This document shows positions 1 to 7,234 of a stretch of DNA of 23,037 nt, piece by piece. Both the position numbers and the translations under genes were made by a program. Each line of letters opens with the position of its first letter. The stretch's first letter is position 1. A model generated the notes under the pieces. That model searched no databases, was not told the origin of the DNA, and worked only from the letters and a program-made list of their open reading frames with translations. The stretch covers positions 1-23,037 of the forward strand of contig CAZSWP010000050.1 in the NCBI GenBank assembly GCA_964610875.1, in the 5' to 3' direction. Origin of the DNA: an uncultured archaeon. GTDB taxonomy: Archaea > Asgardarchaeota > Thorarchaeia > Thorarchaeales > Thorarchaeaceae.

Positions 1-16
1 TTTGAAACCTGTTGTC

Positions 17-24
17 TTTATATT
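17..24 (+). promoter_or_regulatory. Putative archaeal TATA box (TTTATATT) for the small ORF at 75
   Basis: TTTATATT about 50 bp upstream of ATG 75; the implied start site (about 44-48) coincides with the 5' arm of a leader hairpin. Confidence 0.4.
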
Positions 25-74
25 ATGGTAACGTGTACTATTTTGTTGTCAGCCGCCGGGAGGGCCGACAACAC

Positions 75-344
75 ATGATGATGTTTACGAGAATGCTCAG
101 AAGACAGGGATTCTATCGTGTCAAGAATCAAGAAGAACCAGTATACATGAAGCACAATGTAGGACTGGGTGGAATTTATGTTCGCATCGAGGACAAGAAA
201 GCACTAATCACCGTTAGAGATCTTGGTATCGAAGAAGAATTTGACAGGGTTAAACGCCTAGAGAATTTCATAGATAAACTAGAGGATCAGTCCTATCGTC
301 AGAAGTGCTTCATTGTGCACAAGATGCGTGGTGTTGGTTCTTAG
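75..344 (+). CDS. Small basic hypothetical protein (89 aa)
   Basis: ORF 12..344 restarted at ATG 75, downstream of GGGAGGG; protein-like alpha/beta pattern; no recognised family. Confidence 0.7.
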   Translation: MMMFTRMLRRQGFYRVKNQEEPVYMKHNVGLGGIYVRIEDKKALITVRDLGIEEEFDRVKRLENFIDKLEDQSYRQKCFIVHKMRGVGS

Positions 345-433
345 ACTATCTTAGGTATAATGAATAGTGTTCATATGCCACACCGTATCACTTACCTATG
401 TATGTTTGGGAGTTAGGATATTGATTCCCTTAC

Positions 434-1828
434 ATGCATAGAGTGATGGGTGAAAAATTAGTGCAAGAGCGATTTCTGAATGCAGTACTATCAAAGGATT
501 TTGACAGGAGTAATCATATCCTCTACGAATCAGTGAGAGATGGACGCCTGGGAGAGATTCGTACTGAATTCGTTTCTACACTGAATGAGGTCAAAATCAA
601 TCTACTCGCAATGAGGGACCATCTCTTTAGGTTTTTAGGTGCTTCAACAATTTTTTTCGCATTGAGGAAAACTAGTGCAGATATTCTTGAATGGATGTCA
701 TCTCTTTCTAATCCTGAATTAATCAGGAAGGCGTTATTTGATTGGATTTTGAAGGGCTACAGAAGAGATAATGCGATAATTAACAGAAACGGGTTCGATA
801 TAGAGATGATTGCAACTACTAACCTATCTGCATTAATTCCTGATGTTATTTCAATGAATGAGAGAGAGCTACAAAACATGACTATCCCTTTTTCTAAGGA
901 AGATGCAAATACTGGGGTCATAAGAGAACGATATTACATAGCGGATATCCAAAACACTGTATACGGAAATCAAATTCTAATCGCACTTGGAATACCAGAC
1001 ACACTGGATGTGGTATCGTCTATTGAATGGAACAGAATTTATCATGCATTCAAGACACTTGGATTCGATATCCATCAATCACTCAAGGAAATAAGCAGAG
1101 ATGATTGGTTCTCAGAAATAAGACAAATGAGGAAAAGTCACAATTCCAAAAACACGAGTCATCCTGAACTTGAACTTCTAGAAGAAGCTTTGAATAGATA
1201 CCTTGAGCTCGATAGTCCTAATGAATCGGCACGTATAATAGCTCTCAAAGAATTGGCAAAGTACAGAATATCTGCGATACAAAATGATGTCATAAAACTC
1301 CTTGATAGTGGGTCAAAAAATGAGTCCTTAATGGCTGTTGACATACTTGCAAGCCATGGTGGCAGGGATGCTACAAATGCATTACAGAAAGTTTTAGGAG
1401 TTCCTCATTTACGTGCTTCTGCTGCTACAGCGATTTCTAAAATATCGTCAGCATTATTGTCATTAGGTAAGGCAAAATCAGAGATGCTTCCGGAAAAGGA
1501 AGCACGAGCGTTTCCAATGATCTCTACTACATCACTAACAGATAGAAAAGAATTAGCAAAACTTGCGGCTAATTCCAACGCCCTTGTGAGAAGGGATATT
1601 TTGAGAACCTTGTCACACATAGATGACCCCTTTGCAGAGCAATTGTTTTTCTCCTTCACAAATGACAGCGTAGTTGATTTACGTTTAGGACTTATCGAAT
1701 TATGTAAGAATGTTAGTTCAGAACTTGCTCATGCTACTCTTTCAGCATTAATGCTTGACATTGATAGTAAAGTAAGAGCAAAAGCAAAGCTTGTTGCAGA
1801 AGAATTATGGCCGAGCCAAGATTGGTAA
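434..1828 (+). CDS. HEAT/PBS-lyase-like repeat protein
   Basis: 464-aa ORF; C-terminal helical repeats such as SARIIALKELAK, LRASAATAISKI, LVRRDILRTLSHI and DSKVRAKAK. Confidence 0.7.
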   Translation: MHRVMGEKLVQERFLNAVLSKDFDRSNHILYESVRDGRLGEIRTEFVSTLNEVKINLLAMRDHLFRFLGASTIFFALRKTSADILEWMSSLSNPELIRKALFDWILKGYRRDNAIINRNGFDIEMIATTNLSALIPDVISMNERELQNMTIPFSKEDANTGVIRERYYIADIQNTVYGNQILIALGIPDTLDVVSSIEWNRIYHAFKTLGFDIHQSLKEISRDDWFSEIRQMRKSHNSKNTSHPELELLEEALNRYLELDSPNESARIIALKELAKYRISAIQNDVIKLLDSGSKNESLMAVDILASHGGRDATNALQKVLGVPHLRASAATAISKISSALLSLGKAKSEMLPEKEARAFPMISTTSLTDRKELAKLAANSNALVRRDILRTLSHIDDPFAEQLFFSFTNDSVVDLRLGLIELCKNVSSELAHATLSALMLDIDSKVRAKAKLVAEELWPSQDW

Positions 1829-1982
1829 AAGGGTAAAGTGGATCTGATTGTGATATGGAATTTTCGAGGAGATCGTCGGTATCAAGTTTAGTTCTTTGTT
1901 CATTGAAGTTTCTGATTGTAAAATCAGATCCACCTTTGCTGTGTGTGTCCTCTAATAGAACACACAAATCTTCGAAATCCAG

Positions 1983-2132
1983 AGATGCTTTTTGTTGATC
2001 TTACCAGCGTAACCGCGCTGAGTGGGAGAGGTTTCAATGGAATGTGAAGACCTCGCCAAGCAATGGACTGGTCCCCGTTGTCCATATGAGCTGCTGAGTG
2101 AGGTTCTCCACAGTTTTGCTGAATCCGCATCT
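1983..2132. ncRNA. Candidate structured RNA (multi-hairpin, locally GC-richer intergenic segment)
   Basis: Closing helix AGATGC(1983-1988)/GCATCT(2127-2132) enclosing hairpins CAGCG/CGCTG, TGG-GAGGT-TTCA/TGAA-ACCTC-CCA and ATGGAC/GTCCAT; no family recognised. Confidence 0.3.
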
Positions 2133-2266
2133 GTTTTATTGTATTGCGAAAATCACAAATACGGTTAATAACATTGTAATAATCGCAGGTTATTGCTATT
2201 ATATTGCGAATAATACAATATAAATCCTTTGGCTAATAGTAAAATTGCTTGTCAAAGAGAGAAATA

Positions 2267-3469
2267 CTAGAATATCTTTGACTTAAGATAACTAGGTGCC
2301 ACTGAAAGTAAGGTGCGAAATACGCTCTTTTTACCCACCAACATCTCTGCAATTAGTCTCTGATTCTTCTCTGAATCTAAAAATGAGGTTCTCTTTCCAG
2401 TTGAGCTTGATGAGGAAAATGGACGTTGTTGTAGCCACTTGGCCCACTTCAGGTCTGAACCAATTTCCTTTTTCCATGATGTTTCATAAGCTGAAAGTGT
2501 CTTCCCAGAGTAGTCTTTTCGTTTAATTGCCTTGGCTGCTGCTTCTGCAGCTATTCTTCCTGCGATTGCAGAATAATGTATTCCTTCACCGGAGAGTGGC
2601 GAACAATGGCCTGCAGCGTCACCCACTAAAAGAATATTATCGGTGTAGGATGGAGATACAACACCCTCTAATGGCATTGGGGCTGCATCCCTCTTTAACA
2701 GAACTGCGTCTTTTAGTTGTGGCCACATAGGGAGTGATGCTTTTATGAAAATGCTAAGGTAATCCTCCACTTTCTTATCATCGGTCTGAACTCGACTGAT
2801 TAAACCTCCGCTTCCAACCACTGCCACCCTTTTTCTAGGAAAGATCCATGCATATCCTCTCGGGGAATATCCTCCACCGTAGTAGAAAGCTATTCTACTA
2901 GGTAAATCCTCTGTACTGTCAGATATTTTGAGATGATGTTGTAAACCATAACCCATTCCATTAGTGGGAATCCGTTTTCTTATAGGAACCTTCTTGAGTG
3001 TTACTGGATATGCACCGCTAGCATCAATGACTATTTTTGCTCGTATTATATTATTTTCATTCTCTCTAATGGTGGAGGCTATAGCAATACCGTTCTCTTG
3101 TACTATTGAATTCACCAGAGTATTTTTTCTAAACCAATCTTGGTCGCCTGGAATATTTGACAACATTGCTTTACCCAGGTCTTCTCTTGTAACGTCTACG
3201 CCTATGACTTGCTCAAAATCAATAATAACGGGGTCCATTGCTGAGAATTTCATCTCAACAGATTTTATTTCATGTTGCGAAGGAATATTCCTCAATCCTA
3301 GTTCATCAAGGCCTTTCTTTGGAATAAATCCGGCACAAGGTTTTTTGATGCAAGGCGATTCCTCTTGTGTGACTAACTGGAAATCACAGTCATGCTCTTT
3401 CAGCAATCTAGCAGCATTTAATCCCGCAGGTCCTGCTCCAACAACAAGAACATCGGTTTTTTCATACAT
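2267..3469 (-). CDS. Geranylgeranyl reductase family FAD-dependent oxidoreductase
   Basis: DVLVVGAGPAG FAD motif, KPCAG, DASGA, PRGYAWIFP and LLVGDAAG...PLSGEGI motifs. Confidence 0.9.
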   Translation of the reverse strand: MYEKTDVLVVGAGPAGLNAARLLKEHDCDFQLVTQEESPCIKKPCAGFIPKKGLDELGLRNIPSQHEIKSVEMKFSAMDPVIIDFEQVIGVDVTREDLGKAMLSNIPGDQDWFRKNTLVNSIVQENGIAIASTIRENENNIIRAKIVIDASGAYPVTLKKVPIRKRIPTNGMGYGLQHHLKISDSTEDLPSRIAFYYGGGYSPRGYAWIFPRKRVAVVGSGGLISRVQTDDKKVEDYLSIFIKASLPMWPQLKDAVLLKRDAAPMPLEGVVSPSYTDNILLVGDAAGHCSPLSGEGIHYSAIAGRIAAEAAAKAIKRKDYSGKTLSAYETSWKKEIGSDLKWAKWLQQRPFSSSSSTGKRTSFLDSEKNQRLIAEMLVGKKSVFRTLLSVAPSYLKSKIF

Positions 3470-3528
3470 GATTCATAATAGAGATTTTACTGCTCTCTTT
3501 AATTTTTTTATTCCAAAAAAACCTGAAT

Positions 3529-3689
3529 ACGTGTACTCGAAAACATGCTCACATGAAATAGAATTTATTGCGTTTACTTAGCTATTGGAATATCTTTACG
3601 TACACCAAGGAGAATACGATTAAAACAATAAGTAAACGTTACCCTGTAAATAAATCAATATGTACACGCTATCCATGAGTAGTAAACGT
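3529..3689. repeat. Cluster of AGTA(A/C)ACG motifs in a divergent intergenic region (putative operator array)
   Basis: ACGTGTACT 3529-3537 (-), CGTTTACTTA 3571-3580 (-), TAAGTAAACGT 3629-3639 (+), GTACACG 3662-3668 (+), AGTAAACGT 3681-3689 (+). Confidence 0.5.
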
Positions 3690-3849
3690 ATTAATTTGTC
3701 AGTATCTCTGAAATACATAGCTAGTAAATGCTTGTTTTTTGAGAGATTTCTTTCTAGTGAATTTCAAAAGAGAATAGATTTTTGTATCAAATAGTTAATC
3801 AACAATTAATCCCAAACTGTGAGTGTTACTATAAAGGAAAAATGCAGAC

Positions 3850-4503
3850 ATGATGATGCAATTTGGAGAACATGGTACTGTCTTTCTACTATTGATTTTT
3901 CTAGTAGTAATGGTACTTCTTGTAGTTCTATATAGAAGATCTAACAATACATCTGGGGTTAGTTTTGAAGAAAAGCCTAGTTCAGCTCAACAATCAGGTC
4001 ATGGAGAATTAGAACCAAGCCCTGATAGCGATGATCCTTATAAGATACTAGCTTGGATAGAAATCCAGCGTAAGAGAGCTGAAAGTCTAGCAGAAGAAGG
4101 AGAATTGAGGAAAGCAACAGAACGTTTTTCACATATTTTAGAGCGTTTATACCGTGAGATGGCTAATCTAAGAACTCTGGGAATTCAGAGTAGCACCCAG
4201 CTCAAGAAGGAATTGGAATACTCAAGAGATGAATATGCCGCAAGAGCAAGTCTAGGGGAATTAAAAAATCTTGTTGCGAAAGTTGATAACATTGCTTCTA
4301 ACGATACAGAAGAATGGAATATAGAGAATCCTGATGAGAACTTGGATAATCTAATGAAAGAGGGAATGTCTTTAGCTGATGATGCATATGGTTTGGCAGA
4401 AAGCAGGAGTTTTTCTAAAATTCTCGAAGAAACAAAACAATTACGAGTGAGATTTATCTCAAGAATAAAAGATGCCAGAAAACGTCATGATGATAGATCA
4501 TAA
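3850..4503 (+). CDS. Single-pass membrane-anchored helical protein of unknown function
   Basis: N-terminal hydrophobic helix VFLLLIFLVVMVLLVVLY followed by RR, an S/E/P-rich linker and a charged all-helical C-terminus. Confidence 0.75.
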   Translation: MMMQFGEHGTVFLLLIFLVVMVLLVVLYRRSNNTSGVSFEEKPSSAQQSGHGELEPSPDSDDPYKILAWIEIQRKRAESLAEEGELRKATERFSHILERLYREMANLRTLGIQSSTQLKKELEYSRDEYAARASLGELKNLVAKVDNIASNDTEEWNIENPDENLDNLMKEGMSLADDAYGLAESRSFSKILEETKQLRVRFISRIKDARKRHDDRS

Positions 4504-4627
4504 AGCATACCGTAGTTAGTGTCTTCTAGTAGGTGTAATTTCACATCTTAGTAGCAATTATATGTATTTTATCTGTGGAATTATTCCTTAATATGGCATT
4601 CATTTAATTTAATCCTCATTCTGATTA

Positions 4628-4655
4628 TCACTCAATTTCTTTCGAAAAATCGAAA
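4628..4655. repeat. Left copy of a 28-bp imperfect inverted repeat with palindromic core TTTCGA-AAAA-TCGAAA
   Basis: TCACTCAATttCTTTCGAaaaaTCGAAA; matches the reverse complement of 5316-5343 at 22 of 28 positions. Confidence 0.7.
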
Positions 4656-5315
4656 TACAACTCTTGAGTTATTTGTCATATTTTATACAATGATTATATA
4701 TATTAACATTTATCTATTACTTTTAATAGTTCTTATAAATCCACGATATACCACTAATTGGTACATGTTGTACCATATTAATATTTTATATCGGCATATG
4801 TTACATCAAACAATTATTATAATTATTGCTTCATCTGTTGGAACTCATATTAAAATATAATCGAATATGGTCTCTATAATACCGAGCCAATAATTCTTCA
4901 TACTCAATTTCTGTGTTATATGATTCCTAATGCAAAAAAGACTGCAAATCATCCGGGTTATCCTCGGTGGAAGTAGGTAGTACACAGTATCTGAGTATGA
5001 AAAATCAATAGGGTATGGTGTGTGATCACTATATGTATTCAATTTCTAAATACAGTTTTTTTGAACCAAATATCAGTTTTCTTCCTCAATTGTTAATGAG
5101 GTTTAGACAATTAACATTGAACCTGTTCTAAGAAAAAAAAACAATTACAAAAGTTGAACATTTCTTCCGCTGCATAGTATATATTATAACATAATAGCGG
5201 AAGTAAAATATCTAAATTGTAAGATATATCTAAAAAATTAAAAAATTAGATGGATATAATATATTTATGACAAGTAACAAAACAAAAGCCATTTTTATCG
5301 CTCACCCAAAGACAC

Positions 5316-5343
5316 TTTCGAAAAATCGAAAGGGATTGAGTGA
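5316..5343. repeat. Right copy of the 28-bp imperfect inverted repeat
   Basis: TTTCGAaaaaTCGAAAGggATTGAGTGA; the 17-mer CTTTCGAAAAATCGAAA occurs exactly at both 4639-4655 and 5315-5331. Confidence 0.7.
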
Positions 5344-5546
5344 AAGCAGAGAAAATAGAAGGGGAAAAGAGCAAGATTTTATACTAGATATAATCGCAAC
5401 TTAGTTTTTATAGAGGTTCGCTATTGTATCAATAGACGCCAGCATAAGGCATAATAATATTAAGCAGATCTATGCTAATGCGGGATGCGGATAAGGTTAA
5501 GAGAATAATAATAATAATAGGCATACCAATGGGCAGGCTAAAACAA

Positions 5547-5909
5547 ATGGCAACGATATTCATAATCGATGACGAGGCAATCCTTCACAGGTTGTATAAG
5601 GATGTATTTGCTATCAAAGGTCATGAAGTAGTCGCTGATGCATATGACGGTGAAGAAGCTGTACAGAAATTCAAAGCTATGGAACCAAAACCGGATGTAA
5701 TCATCTTAGATCATAGAATGCCCAACAAAGACGGTCTTGAAGCAATGAGAGAAATCCTTGGTATAGAAACGAATGCAAGAATTGTCTTCATTAGTGCTGA
5801 TGCTAATGTACGTGAACAAGCAATGAAAAATGGTGCAGTCAGTTTTGGATTGAAACCTGTAACTATACGTCATATGTTGGATTTGGTTGAAAGCGCAGTC
5901 ACTAATTAG
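5547..5909 (+). CDS. Stand-alone response regulator receiver (CheY-like), intact phosphorylation site
   Basis: IFIIDDE, VIILDHRMP (phospho-Asp), VFISA, LKP; start moved to ATG 5547 (MATIFIIDD). Confidence 0.92.
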   Translation: MATIFIIDDEAILHRLYKDVFAIKGHEVVADAYDGEEAVQKFKAMEPKPDVIILDHRMPNKDGLEAMREILGIETNARIVFISADANVREQAMKNGAVSFGLKPVTIRHMLDLVESAVTN

Positions 5910-5962
5910 TTCTTTATTGGCACCTCGCTTGTAGCATATAGACAATTGGAGACAAGTGTGAT

Positions 5963-6325
5963 ATGGTGTCAGTAGTAATCGCTGGTGATGTTCCTCTATT
6001 ACGTTCACTCATGCGAATGGCTATTGAAGACATAGGATACACCGTACTGGAAGAAGTTAGTGAAGTTGACGATTTACTAGCAATCTGTGTATCAAGAAGT
6101 ATAGGGATAATAATTTTAGATCTCCACCTTTCAGAAAAAGAGGTGGTAAATGTTATCGAGTCTATCTTGGATGTTAATCACAGGTTATCAGTTGTGGTAG
6201 TGTCTGACTTCTTAGAAGAATATCAAATGAAAGCACTATCTGCTGGTGCTAGGGCATATATCCAGAAACCCTTCTCAATCTATGATTTGATTACAGTTCT
6301 ACGGAAAGTCACTCCTGTGTTTTAA
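5963..6325 (+). CDS. Stand-alone receiver domain protein, partly degenerate acidic pocket
   Basis: VVIAGD (G replaces the first acidic residue), IIILDLHL, VVVS, GARAYIQKPF. Confidence 0.88.
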   Translation: MVSVVIAGDVPLLRSLMRMAIEDIGYTVLEEVSEVDDLLAICVSRSIGIIILDLHLSEKEVVNVIESILDVNHRLSVVVVSDFLEEYQMKALSAGARAYIQKPFSIYDLITVLRKVTPVF

Positions 6326-6328
6326 TTA

Positions 6329-7081
6329 CTAACTTATCCTTGCTTCTGGAAACACAGTAATGCCACTGTCTTCTATCTTGAATAGAACTGGTTTCATCAT
6401 ATGACTTGTTCCTCGTATCTTCACTATGCGCAGCGTGCGAATGAAATCTCCACTTGTATAATTCATATCAAGTTTAATCACCGCATCAGCAATGAAATAG
6501 GGCATTTCATCATTTTTAGCACCAGACAATGACCTTAGTTCATGAGTCATCATAATAGTAGATTCATCCATTGAAACGTCTCTGACGAAGGAATAAATCA
6601 TCTGTCTTACTTCAAACTTATTTCCTGCTAGTTCCAAAAGAGGACCGAGACCATCGATTACTACTCGTTTTGCTTTGATTTCTTCAGCTTTATTTCGAAC
6701 CAATTCAGTTAGTCGAGGAATGGTGAAGGGTTGTTCTCGGAGCAATGGATGATCAAATCCAATGATATAGTCATAACCTCTCTCTGTTGGAATTAGTTTC
6801 AATGCTCCACTTAAGATAGTTAATTTTTCTCTTTCAATCGCTTCTTCAGGATTCCAACCGAATTTTTGCATATCGGTTTGTATCATTTGCACAGGCTGGT
6901 CTAAAGATAGAAGAATTGCTGGTTCATCGTTTTTCAGGCCTTCAAATACGTAATGCCAAGTTAGGATACTCTTTCCTGTACCTGGTCCACCTGCTAGGAG
7001 TACTGTTCTTCCTTTGATGAAGCCTCCACCTAGCATTACATCTAGGCCTGCTACTCCACTACTCACACGCTTCTGCATCAT
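6329..7081 (-). CDS. Single-domain KaiC/RAD55-family ATPase
   Basis: SSGVAGLDVMLGGG, Walker A GGPGTGKS, Walker B RVVIDG, ADAVIKL, RTLRIVKIRGT; GGTGAGGAG RBS upstream. Confidence 0.92.
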   Translation of the reverse strand: MMQKRVSSGVAGLDVMLGGGFIKGRTVLLAGGPGTGKSILTWHYVFEGLKNDEPAILLSLDQPVQMIQTDMQKFGWNPEEAIEREKLTILSGALKLIPTERGYDYIIGFDHPLLREQPFTIPRLTELVRNKAEEIKAKRVVIDGLGPLLELAGNKFEVRQMIYSFVRDVSMDESTIMMTHELRSLSGAKNDEMPYFIADAVIKLDMNYTSGDFIRTLRIVKIRGTSHMMKPVLFKIEDSGITVFPEARIS

Positions 7082-7234
7082 CTTCTCCTCACCAAGGTAT
7101 ACATCATGCGAGGATTTAACACTTCTCAGTGGAAATACAGTGAAAACATGCGGATGAATGCACTAGAATATTTTTGATAAGTGAGTGTTAGTTCGAAGCC
7201 AGATAATATTAAGAAATAATATCTCAGTTTGGTG

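Noticed and set aside
1924-2130. 68-aa minus-strand ORF (and ORF 1734..1967)
   Set aside because: No RBS or recognisable domain; ORF 1734..1967 overlaps the HEAT gene; an RNA-structure reading fits better, though coding is not excluded
2964-3581. 205-aa plus-strand ORF, and similar ORFs 14950..15387 and 17989..18435
   Set aside because: Antisense shadows of well-supported genes (GGR, DUF389, ECF-S-like)
4845-5042. 65-aa minus-strand ORF in the long intergenic region
   Set aside because: I/Y-rich composition typical of chance ORFs in AT-rich DNA; no RBS or motif
5167-5194. dif-like site (GCATAG-TATATA-TTAT)
   Set aside because: Arms match Xer consensus sites poorly; such a match is expected by chance in AT-rich DNA
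4504-5546. Replication origin (long AT-rich gap with inverted repeats)
   Set aside because: No clear ORB consensus (TTCCAGTGGAAAC with G-string) and no orc1/cdc6 gene in the window; not excluded for a non-canonical origin
5547-6325. Chemotaxis operon (cheY)
   Set aside because: No cheA, cheW, cheB, cheR or MCP genes in the window, so no gene symbol was assigned
7123-7135. ORB-like TTCTCAGTGGAAA
   Set aside because: Single copy with an inserted base, in a short divergent promoter region
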